Shown piece after piece: positions 1-9,030 of a DNA stretch of 64,000 bases. The first letter of the stretch is position 1. Each line of letters begins with the position of its first letter. The DNA lies in assembly GCA_963674755.2 (NCBI GenBank), contig CAXXVS010000002.1, forward strand, positions 1,280,001 through 1,344,000. Reading direction: 5' to 3'. The stretch comes from Desulfobacterales bacterium (lineage in GTDB: Bacteria; Desulfobacterota; Desulfobacteria; Desulfobacterales; UBA5852). The translations under genes and the position numbers were made by a program. Under the pieces are notes generated by a model. That model was not told the DNA's origin. It saw only the letters and a program-made list of their open reading frames with translations, and searched no databases.

Positions 1-246
1 GTGGTCCTTCGTCGGCAGATTGACAACCGTGACAATTTCGTCGAACTCGCTCTTTTCCCAAACGTGGGGCTTTCCTGGTCGCACTTCGCCGGCTTTGCAT
101 GCCTTTGCGTACTTCTTGAACATTTCCGGGTATCGGTTCTTGAAAGCCAGGGCCACCCCTGCACCCATTACACCAACACAGTTCACCGTATTGATGCGGA
201 TGTCCGCCGGTGTGTCAAAGATATCACCTTGTGTGTAGCGGATCAT
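1..246 (-). CDS. darG: Macrodomain protein, DarG-type antitoxin (N-terminal 82 aa; truncated by window edge)
   Basis: Manual translation from ATG at 246: MIRYTQGDIFDTPADIRINTVNCVGVMGAGVALAFKNRYPEMF...VVNLPTKDH. Has the macrodomain GDIF and NxVGVMGxG motifs and the DarG NxPTK lysine (K80). Starts immediately after the DarT-HD stop (247-249). Confidence 0.9.
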   Translation of the reverse strand, partial: MIRYTQGDIFDTPADIRINTVNCVGVMGAGVALAFKNRYPEMFKKYAKACKAGEVRPGKPHVWEKSEFDEIVTVVNLPTKDH

Positions 247-1632
247 CTATTCCTTGTCCTCCAAATTTTCCAAAGCCCATTCCCGCAGATCGGGCAGACC
301 TGACTTAATTCTTTCGAGCCAACCCGGGTGTGAAGAAATCATCCTGGCCAATCCACCCTCTGGAATAAGGCTCTCAACGTCCGCGCAATTCAAGGCTGCA
401 AGCATATCGAAGTCTTCGGCGCAATCGATCACGTCGAGAAGTTGCTGCTGGTCGCGCCCTTTGCCTATGATATCGCCGATCAAGTCGTGATAAGCAACGA
501 GCAAAATAACCTGTCGAACCTCTTTTTCATCGAGTGTCCCGATATCTTCTGTCAAAATCCTTTGAATCAGTGGTATTGCCCTGGCGGGATGATCCGGGTC
601 GACTCTTTGACGCCCCTGATCGTCTCGTGGGCTGTTACCCTTGCCTATGTCATGAAGATATGCGGCAAATTCGACCAAAACCTTTTCGCGATCGGATAGT
701 TCTTCATAGAGTTCAGATTTTCTCAGCTTATCGACCACGGTTAAGGTATGCGCTCCGACATCCTCACGATGCTCTTGGTTCGCTGTGGGCAGATCGTTGA
801 TGGCATCCAGCTCCGGCAATGCGCAGAAATTGTCATCGAGCTCATCAACAGCGTCCTCAATACTTTCGAAGATTGCCTCATTCGGAGATTCTTCATTCCG
901 AGTCTCCATCACTTCCCTTGCAGCCGCTACATATTGATTTCGGAGAGATATCGGTCCCGTGACGATCGAGACTTTTCCCTGCTCGTAGAAGTTGGTAAAA
1001 TAGAAATATCTCCTCTTATGCCCATCGAATTCAAGAGCGGGAGGCTCTATGTCGGCTTCGTCGTAAATCTCCTTGACCTTTTCCTTAATCATTTTATTCC
1101 ATACAATGATGTGGTCGATCTTCGAGACTTTTAAGCGTTTATAGACCAAAGCCTCAGCCATTCGAGCGTGGCGAGCTTCATCAGACGGACTACCCCATTT
1201 CTTGGAATCGATATTCGCCCAGTCGAGGTTTACGAGATCTGAAGGTTCCGAGTAAAATGTCGGAGGTACGGCAGTATTTGCGGAGGCATTAGTGAAAACG
1301 GCATTAGGCAAAGCCAATACATCAATGGGAACACCGAGATAAAGCAGATAGAGTTGATCAACGTTCTTTGCGTTTACGACCGAAAGAAGCATGGGAGACC
1401 TGGAACAGAAATAGAAAGGTACGTAGTCGTGAACAACGCCGCCGGGTCCAACTGGAACGTCCATAACTGCCCGACGGTCCTGAATACTACTAGAGGCAAT
1501 GGAAATATGGGAAATTCCGCGCCGCTCCTTTTCGTTGTACGACAGTAGCCCGTGCTGCAAAATGTCCGGCAGATTATCCAGATGCGTAAACTGGTAAATA
1601 TGGCGACTATTGTGTTCATCAGGTATCGGCAT
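247..1632 (-). CDS. darT: DarT (DUF4433) DNA ADP-ribosyltransferase fused to a C-terminal HD domain
   Basis: aa ~10-212 carry DarT motifs (FTHLDNL, IQDRR, PGGVVHDYVPFYF, RSPML, RMAE160ALV). aa ~270-461 carry HD motifs (H295, H327-D328 in LHDIGK, H348, H382, D418). Confidence 0.88.
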   Translation of the reverse strand: MPIPDEHNSRHIYQFTHLDNLPDILQHGLLSYNEKERRGISHISIASSSIQDRRAVMDVPVGPGGVVHDYVPFYFCSRSPMLLSVVNAKNVDQLYLLYLGVPIDVLALPNAVFTNASANTAVPPTFYSEPSDLVNLDWANIDSKKWGSPSDEARHARMAEALVYKRLKVSKIDHIIVWNKMIKEKVKEIYDEADIEPPALEFDGHKRRYFYFTNFYEQGKVSIVTGPISLRNQYVAAAREVMETRNEESPNEAIFESIEDAVDELDDNFCALPELDAINDLPTANQEHREDVGAHTLTVVDKLRKSELYEELSDREKVLVEFAAYLHDIGKGNSPRDDQGRQRVDPDHPARAIPLIQRILTEDIGTLDEKEVRQVILLVAYHDLIGDIIGKGRDQQQLLDVIDCAEDFDMLAALNCADVESLIPEGGLARMISSHPGWLERIKSGLPDLREWALENLEDKE

Positions 1633-1635
1633 ATC

Positions 1636-4600
1636 TCAGCCCTCCTCCGCCTGCAAAATATCCTGCGGCCCGACATGGTAATGCTCTATCTTGACGATGG
1701 GTTTCCATCCAAGGCGGGCAGGATTACGAATGATATGCAATTCCGGATTAGTGGCGCAGTTGAAGACGACATAGAGCCAGAAGTCACCCTGGAGCCGTGC
1801 AGCGGTCTGGAATTCGTTGGTCGTAAGAGCCACCTCACCGATGTGAGAGCGGCCTTTGACTTCGATGAATCGCACTTCGACAGAGGTCTGTTGGTCTTCG
1901 GAATGGGGCCGACGTGAGATGAGGTCGAAGCCACGATTCTCACTTTCGACGCTCTGCACCTTCCATCCGCGGGCCTCTTCGTGGGCAATGACGGCTTCGA
2001 CGGCAATACGCTCGATTTCTGGATCGCTTACCATGGGCTTTATGTCGGGAGCCTCACGGTCTGGGTGCGGCAATACCCAGGCAGAGGCGAAATGGTGAAT
2101 GTTACTGATAGTGCATTCACGCTCCTGGAGCAGCTCAGCCCGACGGGTTTCGAGACGATTATTCAGTTCATCGAGACGGTCCTCAGTCATCTTGAGACGC
2201 CCCTCAAGACCGATCTCGTTGGTACCCGCCTCTTTCTGGTTCATCAATTCGGCGAATTGGCACTGCACCTTGTCTATGACCGCGTTGAGACTGATTTCCA
2301 TGTGTTCGGAAATCCTTCGCGTTTCCTGCTCACGGCGACCTATTTCCGCTCTCAGTAGGGGCTGCAAGGCTTGCTCATGGAGAGCAATTTCTAGAGCGGT
2401 AGCGTCAGGTGGTGTCAACCCCGCTGGGATTTCGGTGCCTTTGGGCGCAAGAGACAGGTCAAGAAAAATGGTCGGTTGCTTGACCATCATACGACCGTTG
2501 ACGTCAGTCTGTACGGCAAACAGGCGCTTGTGAAGCACATTGGCCCGCCCATCCCGCACCTCCGCTGAGAAAACGTCCAGATGCGCGGGGTTTGATGCGT
2601 GCAAATCGTAGAATACAGCGCCGCGTGAATGGCAATCTCTCACATCGCGCTCAATAAAAACGCGGATGCACTCAAACAATGGATGGCCGGGTGTCACCCA
2701 CTCGAGGGTTGGATCTTCTTGAAGCTCCTCTTTGTCAAAGACGATGTGCTTGTATTCTCTGCCCAGGCGGCCGAATTGTGGCTCGAGTTCATTGGCAAGC
2801 GGCATCAGATTGCGGGGCAGACGCCCGATGCGGTAAACGTGCCGGTTCTGCTGCTGTGCTTTGGGTGAAACGCCGGCCAGGGGTGCGGCTCCAAGAAAAA
2901 AACCCTCAATGACCTCCGGCACAAGACGGCGCTCTTTGGCCTCTTCGGACTTTCCGACAATGGCCGATAGGTTCAGGCTTCGTTTGGCCAGTCCCTCCAG
3001 CGTGGATTCCGTGATCTCGCGCAAGCGTTCGGTATCCACCTGTTCAATGATGCGTGATTTGATGAGTTCCTCGGTCATCTGGTTGTGCGCATACATGTCC
3101 CGGAGCATCCGCTCGATTTGGTTGGCAGGAAAGACGTCGCCAAGGACATTGAAGACCTTACCTGTGCGGTTCGGGTCCAGATCGGCTTCGATCTTATCAA
3201 TCCGCTCAAAGAGCTTTTCGAAAACCCGGCCTTCACGGGTGTTCGTCGCCACGAAGTTTTGGATATAGCAATCCTTTTCCTGACCGTAGCGATGGATACG
3301 CCCCATACGCTGCTCGAGTCGATTCGGGTTCCACGGGATGTCGTAGTTGATCATGTACCAGCAGAATTGAAGGTTGATGCCCTCACCGGCAGCTTCTGTG
3401 GCCACAAGAATCTGGCAATCCTCCCTGAACTCTCTTTCTGCATAGATACGGGTCCCAGGGGTGTTCCGGTCGCCGATCTTCATACCACCATGGATTTGCG
3501 TTGCGTTGAACCCCCATTCGCGTAATTTCCCGAGAGGACGCCCGTCGTGGCCGTCGGCCACGAGATAGTCCAGTGTGTCTTTATGTTCGGTAAATATGAG
3601 CAGCTTCATTCGAGGGTCATCAAAGAAATTCTCGTCGGTCAGGAAGGATTTCAGCCGAACGAGTTTTGACTCCACTTCCCATTTTTCCAGCGCACACGCC
3701 TTCTCGACCAGGTTTTCGAGTTCAACGATATCATCGCGAAGGGCTTGGGGGTCGATGGAAATGACGGCTGCTTCAGCGGCTTCCAGAACGGATTGCTGCA
3801 TGTCCTCGGGCAGATCTTCAAAATCGTCCGGTATTTTTTTATCAATTTGTTTTTGCCGGTATTCTTCAGGATTCTCAAGAATCCAGCGACGCTTCTGTAT
3901 CATTCGTTCCAGGGTGCGCCGGACCGCATAAATGCTCGATGCGAAACGCCTTTGAAGCATGGCCATTGTAAACCCGACGGCCCTGGCTGCCGCCGTGTTC
4001 TGTTCCGACGCACGAATGGACTGGTCTTCAACATATTGGGTTAACGCATCGTAGAAATCCAGTTCCTCATCGTCTATTTCGAATCCGGCAGTGTGGACAA
4101 TCCGCTTGGTGAACAGGCTCTTTGATTTTCCAGTTTTTTGATCAGGGAAAGTGACCAGCGCTTCCTTGACGCGGCGCAAATAAAAAGGCGCCTCATTACG
4201 TTCCATAGCGAGATGTATGCTCTTTACGTCGGCATATACATCAGGATCGAGCAGCCGCAGGAATAATGAGAAGTTCTTGGGATCGCCTTTGTGCGGTGTC
4301 GCAGTCATTAAAAGGTAATGGTCCGTCATTCTCGACAACGACTCCCCCAATTGATATGCCAGCGTCTTTTTTTCCTCCCCATAGGCACTCATTTTGTGTG
4401 CTTCATCGACAATCACCAGATCCCAGTGGCTGCGCATCAAACTGTCCTTTGCATCCTCTATTCGGGACACCCAGGAAACGGATGTGATCACCTGGTCTAT
4501 ATCCTGCCAGGGATTTGCACCGTAATTGGCTCGAAGCAAGTCGCTCCGGATCACTGTGAAGTCCTCACGGAAACGGTCTTTGAGTTCACGCTGCCACTGA

Positions 4601-5085
4601 AAGGAAAGATTGGCGGGGGTGACGATCAGCACACGGCGAATCAGACCACGGACTTTCAATTCTTTGACAAGTAATCCTGCCATGATGGTTTTTCCGGCAC
4701 CGGGATCATCGGCGAGCAGAAACCGGATACGCGGGAGTTTGAGAAAGTAATCATAAACGGCTTCAAGCTGGTGCGGCAAGGGGTCTACGCGAGCGATGGA
4801 AAGACTGAAGTAGGGGTCATACTCATATGCCAGGCCTAAACGAATAGATTCAATCCCAAGCCGGAAACGCTCCGAATCGCCATCGTATGGCTTTGAATCC
4901 GGCGAAACTTCGAGTGTCGCTATCTGTTCCGGGGACAGGACGGGCTGATGAACTTTGCCTGAATCCAGCCCTTCCGCAATAACTTTAACCGAGCTTCCCA
5001 TTGGAACAACGGCAATGATTTTAACGGGTTCAGGGAACATTGGCCCGTATGCGATGGCATTTGGTTTGAGATGTTCGAGATTCAT
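1636..5085 (-). CDS. SNF2-family helicase with C-terminal DUF3883 (PD-(D/E)xK-like) domain
   Basis: LLADDPGAGKT, DEAH, TATP, ATEAAGEGINLQ, QRMGRIHRYGQ; C-terminal RGFDLIS...RFIEVKGR...LTTNE. Confidence 0.92.
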   Translation of the reverse strand: MNLEHLKPNAIAYGPMFPEPVKIIAVVPMGSSVKVIAEGLDSGKVHQPVLSPEQIATLEVSPDSKPYDGDSERFRLGIESIRLGLAYEYDPYFSLSIARVDPLPHQLEAVYDYFLKLPRIRFLLADDPGAGKTIMAGLLVKELKVRGLIRRVLIVTPANLSFQWQRELKDRFREDFTVIRSDLLRANYGANPWQDIDQVITSVSWVSRIEDAKDSLMRSHWDLVIVDEAHKMSAYGEEKKTLAYQLGESLSRMTDHYLLMTATPHKGDPKNFSLFLRLLDPDVYADVKSIHLAMERNEAPFYLRRVKEALVTFPDQKTGKSKSLFTKRIVHTAGFEIDDEELDFYDALTQYVEDQSIRASEQNTAAARAVGFTMAMLQRRFASSIYAVRRTLERMIQKRRWILENPEEYRQKQIDKKIPDDFEDLPEDMQQSVLEAAEAAVISIDPQALRDDIVELENLVEKACALEKWEVESKLVRLKSFLTDENFFDDPRMKLLIFTEHKDTLDYLVADGHDGRPLGKLREWGFNATQIHGGMKIGDRNTPGTRIYAEREFREDCQILVATEAAGEGINLQFCWYMINYDIPWNPNRLEQRMGRIHRYGQEKDCYIQNFVATNTREGRVFEKLFERIDKIEADLDPNRTGKVFNVLGDVFPANQIERMLRDMYAHNQMTEELIKSRIIEQVDTERLREITESTLEGLAKRSLNLSAIVGKSEEAKERRLVPEVIEGFFLGAAPLAGVSPKAQQQNRHVYRIGRLPRNLMPLANELEPQFGRLGREYKHIVFDKEELQEDPTLEWVTPGHPLFECIRVFIERDVRDCHSRGAVFYDLHASNPAHLDVFSAEVRDGRANVLHKRLFAVQTDVNGRMMVKQPTIFLDLSLAPKGTEIPAGLTPPDATALEIALHEQALQPLLRAEIGRREQETRRISEHMEISLNAVIDKVQCQFAELMNQKEAGTNEIGLEGRLKMTEDRLDELNNRLETRRAELLQERECTISNIHHFASAWVLPHPDREAPDIKPMVSDPEIERIAVEAVIAHEEARGWKVQSVESENRGFDLISRRPHSEDQQTSVEVRFIEVKGRSHIGEVALTTNEFQTAARLQGDFWLYVVFNCATNPELHIIRNPARLGWKPIVKIEHYHVGPQDILQAEEG

Positions 5086-5250
5086 TTTTTAACCCGCCTC
5101 TTTTCGATAATCTTTGTCCGTTTGACGCATTGCCTGCTTCAATGACCTGTCATCGAATTTTAATCTTCGTTACGCTCGTTTGACGGCATATTTGTATCTA
5201 GGTAACCGCGAACAACCCAGAATTTCGTTCCTTGGTATATATTTTTTTTT

Positions 5251-5573
5251 AGCGATGCGCGGCAGCAAATGCGAACCACATTTAGGGCAAGCTGGTCAAT
5301 TGCCTTTGTTGCCTTGAAATGACGACTTCGTGAAAGAACGGTCAATCCAAATGGGTTCAAACAAGGAGGCTGAAAGAACCATTGGAAACCGTAGCTTCGT
5401 GCGCAAAGGTGACGTAGGTTGGAATGGTCTGCTACCGTCATTGAACACAACTCAAGGAGATTCCTGCGAATCGGCAGGATGAGGGTCAGCAGACCACCTT
5501 GCTCTGCCGACCGTTTTCAAGGCTTGAAGCTTATTTTGAGATCGGTGCCTATGCCGATAGCTCAAGATTTTTT
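5251..5573 (+). ncRNA. Candidate structured non-coding RNA, family not recognised
   Basis: At least six nested helices found by eye, G-U pairs favouring the + strand, and a terminal hairpin followed by a T run (see findings). Confidence 0.45.
5533..5573 (+). terminator. Intrinsic terminator-like hairpin
   Basis: TTGAG-ATCGGT (5536-5546) pairs with GCCGAT (5553-5558) and CTCAA (5561-5565); TTTTTT follows at 5568-5573. Confidence 0.45.
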
Positions 5574-5740
5574 CCCATAAATTATCGGAAAAGTCCAATG
5601 ATTTAGACCACTAATAAAAATAATTCCTGAAAAAGCCCATGTCTTGAGTGCAACTGTTGCGCCCTATGCTTGAGGGCCGCCATACTTATTGCCGAACCCG
5701 ACCGCCAGCTAAAAATGAGTGTAAAGACCATTCCGTATTA

Positions 5741-6172
5741 TTAACCCCTGGTTATCGAACTAATCAATTCGATAGCCTTCTGGTATTTCGCAAGGCGCTC
5801 GTAATCCTCTTCCGTCGGATGGGAGATGCGTGACAGGTCGCTGTTGTCCTCCAGGTCGGCAAGCTTCACGCGCCTACCGATTGGATTGAGCGTCGCCCGC
5901 AGCACGAATTCCGTGTAGGACTCACCGGTTCGCATGGTGACGGCATCGACCGCATCGACAACCGCTTCCGAGAAACCTTCGTTTCTGAGATCCTCGAGCG
6001 TAATGTCGCTGTCCTCGACCACGTCGTGGAGAACCGCAGCGATCCGCTCCTCGGTGGTTTCCTGCTTCAACATCACGCGAAGGGGATGGAGGATATAGGG
6101 CGCACCGGCCTTGTCCACTTTTCCCGTATACGCCTTCGCGGCAATTGCAATTGCATGTTCAAGCGTACTGAT
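5741..6172 (-). CDS. Small HD-domain phosphohydrolase (RelA/SpoT-hydrolase/Mesh1-like); ATC at the expected start position
   Basis: DKAGAPYILHPLRV, AAVLHDVVED, VKLADLEDN. The frame extends 18 codons upstream of the GTG at 6118 (ISTLEHAIAIAAKAYTGK) to ATC at 6172; in-frame TAA at 6190-6188. Confidence 0.8.
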   Translation of the reverse strand: MSTLEHAIAIAAKAYTGKVDKAGAPYILHPLRVMLKQETTEERIAAVLHDVVEDSDITLEDLRNEGFSEAVVDAVDAVTMRTGESYTEFVLRATLNPIGRRVKLADLEDNSDLSRISHPTEEDYERLAKYQKAIELISSITRG

Positions 6173-6208
6173 AGGCCGCCCTTCCCCTTAGGTCCAATCC
6201 TTTAGCGT

Positions 6209-7186
6209 TCAGTTCATCAGCGGAGCCATAAGTCTCGGGATTTTTTCACGCCAGTCAAGCTGTTCCTGAACATCCCGCCGTTCCTTGGCCAACCAGGCGA
6301 GAATCTGACTCAAATCGAAAAGGTTGCCACAGCGCTCGGGCGTCCCCGACACCTGGTTCACAGGTTCCATCGGGATGGAAGTCGGTTCGTTTCCCTTGTA
6401 GGGTCCAGCCACCTCGGCATCCGATCCGTGGCAGGCGATATGGTATGCGCGGGCTGCCGCTTTGAAGCCCCACCCTGCTTTCAAGTCTTTGTTGATCCAA
6501 GGAACCAGTCTGCTGGCTGAGACCTTGGTAGTTCGCCATCGCTCGAAATTATTTTTCTCACTTTCAGCTTCCTCGAGGCCTCCCGAGAGGATTTTCCCCA
6601 CTTCTTCAATAGGGGGCTCGCCGATGTGACGGCGGCGCAGGTCGGATCTGGTGACCCCGATGACCATGCCATTGCTGCACACGAAGCGAAACCACCCCAT
6701 GAGGGCACGAAACCGCGTGCTGCCATCTACCGAATTGATGCACTCGAGCCGGAGCGCCATCGGATGGCCGTCGCCCGGGTCGAAAATAAATTTTTCCGGT
6801 AAATAGAGGCTCAGATGCATCCGCTCGCCGTACTCCGTGATCTCGATTTCCGCTCGGACATCAGCGGGATCGACACTGACGCTTTCAAGCGATCTTTCGA
6901 CGATATTCAAAGCAGCCTTGTGAGGCACGAGCGTGTAGTCTTTTGACACCACGCCCACGGGGATCAAGTTACCGTCGCCCTGGAAAGGGCGCCTGACAAT
7001 CGTATCGAATCGCGCATTCAAGCAAGTGCGCTCGCCTCCCGGTTGCTCCAGGCTGAAGCTGCGACGTTCAAAATCGGGGATGTGGGCGCGGACATCGGCC
7101 AGCGAACCCTGGTGGAAAGCCACGGGAGAGCTGAACCATTTCGGGCGTGGGTCTGAATCTGAAACCTGTACCTGTGGAATTGCCAT
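6209..7186 (-). CDS. DUF932/DUF945-family protein
   Basis: GVVSKDYTLVPH, INSVDGS and FRFVCSNGMVIG motifs typical of this mobile-element family. Confidence 0.8.
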   Translation of the reverse strand: MAIPQVQVSDSDPRPKWFSSPVAFHQGSLADVRAHIPDFERRSFSLEQPGGERTCLNARFDTIVRRPFQGDGNLIPVGVVSKDYTLVPHKAALNIVERSLESVSVDPADVRAEIEITEYGERMHLSLYLPEKFIFDPGDGHPMALRLECINSVDGSTRFRALMGWFRFVCSNGMVIGVTRSDLRRRHIGEPPIEEVGKILSGGLEEAESEKNNFERWRTTKVSASRLVPWINKDLKAGWGFKAAARAYHIACHGSDAEVAGPYKGNEPTSIPMEPVNQVSGTPERCGNLFDLSQILAWLAKERRDVQEQLDWREKIPRLMAPLMN

Positions 7187-7314
7187 ATGGGGACACTCCT
7201 GTAGGACCTTCTCATCGCGCTCATCGCGACCGATGTATATTTCAGGTCTTTGTCAGATGGGGTCAAAATCGAAGCGAAAATCAACACGTGTCGAATGCCA
7301 ATCGACGCTATTGA

Positions 7315-7881
7315 TCAAAGCTCGTTGGCATACAGGCTCTTTACTTCATCGGGTTGGATGCACAAATAGCGCAGCGTGATCGACTGATTGCTGTGGTTGA
7401 AGGCCTCTGTCAATTCCGGAAGGCCGGCGCCGAATCGCACCCGCTGATGGTACCCCCAGGTTTTGCGCAGGCTGTGACTGCCGTAGTTGCCCGGCAGCCT
7501 TATGGCGGCGCACCATTGCTTGATCATTTTGCGCAAATAATCCCGCGTAAGGGGCTTTTCGGAGCGTCCCACGAACAGGTAGTCATCATCAGATGCTTCT
7601 GCGCGAGTGGCCAGCAGCTTCTGTATGGCCTCCACCGCAGCGCGGTTCCAGGTTATTCGTCGACACTTTTTGGTTTTTTGCTCCCGAATTTCAAAATCTT
7701 GCATTGGCTTTATATTGCGCACTTCACCCACTTTGAGCGATAGCAGATCCGAGCCGCGTAAGCTGGTGTTGATGCCGACAACGAAAAGAGCGAAGTTACG
7801 AGGATTGCCGGCTATCATCGTTTTTATCGCTTTGATGTCTTTGACTTGGCGGATAGGCTCAACTTTATATGTTTCACTCAA
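7315..7881 (-). CDS. Small tyrosine recombinase (catalytic domain only)
   Basis: VEPIR, GINTSLRGSDLLSLK, GSHSLRKTWGYH, FNHS, TLRYL. Likely TTG start at 7881 after an AGGAG RBS (ORF track starts at 7926). Confidence 0.88.
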   Translation of the reverse strand: MSETYKVEPIRQVKDIKAIKTMIAGNPRNFALFVVGINTSLRGSDLLSLKVGEVRNIKPMQDFEIREQKTKKCRRITWNRAAVEAIQKLLATRAEASDDDYLFVGRSEKPLTRDYLRKMIKQWCAAIRLPGNYGSHSLRKTWGYHQRVRFGAGLPELTEAFNHSNQSITLRYLCIQPDEVKSLYANEL

Positions 7882-9030
7882 ATTACCGCTCCTATGATGG
7901 TTTTCTATCACTTCAGTGAATAACAAAACCTCTATGTATTCTGTTTTTTAATTGTTTTTACTAGTTTTTGCAGACTTTTACAAGAATATTTTTACTATCG
8001 GCTGAGATTTCGCCTCTCCATTTTTAGTCTACGACCGTCTAACGATCCTCCCTCCCCTCCCATAGGCATATGGCCGCCAGGGTCCAGCAAACAACTGGAC
8101 GAGTCCATGATGACGTACTGTTGAGAATCAAAAATATTGTTAAGTATTTCAATAAGAAGTCCAATAGGTCCAGTGTCTTCACTTCTATAGTTTAAATTTT
8201 TAGAAAAAATCAAAATGTAAAAGATATAAAGATAGGGCCGGAAGAGGTGGACTTCATAGACGCCAATCGCTCAACATCATGCTATTATGGCGAATCCGTC
8301 CAGCGGCCAGCCTGCCCGAACAGCCACCCTCGTCCAGGCAAAGCTGTAAATAGGAGATTTTTTTGGCGCTTTACCAGTGGCCAAATTGCTTCCTTGCCAG
8401 GCCGCTCTATTCTGAAAGCGCCTTAAACAATGACTTCAATGCGCTCGATAAAGATTTCTACGACGACTGCCAGCGGTACAGGCTTCTCAAAGTAGTCCCG
8501 CCTGACCCCCAACTTGGAGGAGCAGCGGGGGTGAGAGGGCGATAGGGATAACCTCCTATGTTTATTGGTTTTGCGGAATGGGTACTGAAATGATGCGCAG
8601 TTGCCACTGAATCTATCGGCGGCGTTTTGAAACTGATAGATCACCTTTCCAAATAAAAATTTCTAACCGAGTTTCTAAATCCGCTTTTTATTCTCTATGT
8701 ATTTTTTTACAGACTATTTGACCACCTTGAACGTCAAAAATAATGACAAAATCATCGCGAACCAGCGTCATTGAAGGATTTAATCAAAATCTTCATAGTC
8801 TGCCATTCTTCAAAAGGCAGACAAACAGGCATTCGACTTTTCGGAGTGGTTTTAAAAATCTGATGCCTCGACCGCCGGCTTCGATCACCTGGCCGGTTAC
8901 CAAACTTCATCCCCACTTAAGCCGGCCATAATAGTAGTGCCCGCCTGCGCTACCCTGCAGCTTCAAAGAATACTGCCATGCATCCGGCTCCAGAGGGATG
9001 GTTGGTTAGGATGAACTCCGGGAACAGAAA

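Noticed and set aside
5251..5573. Retron msr-msd, group II intron or hammerhead ribozyme
   Set aside because: No reverse transcriptase in the window, no domain-V motif and no CTGANGA/GAAA core seen.
7930..8716. Short repeat CTCTATGTATT...TTTT(A/G)CAGACT at ~7930 and ~8693
   Set aside because: Short and low-complexity in AT-rich DNA; significance cannot be shown by eye.
7995..8931. Short ORFs in the AT-rich island spacer (7995-8213, 8363-8545, 8423-8644, 8743-8931)
   Set aside because: No recognisable motifs and mutually overlapping; may be remnants but unsupported.
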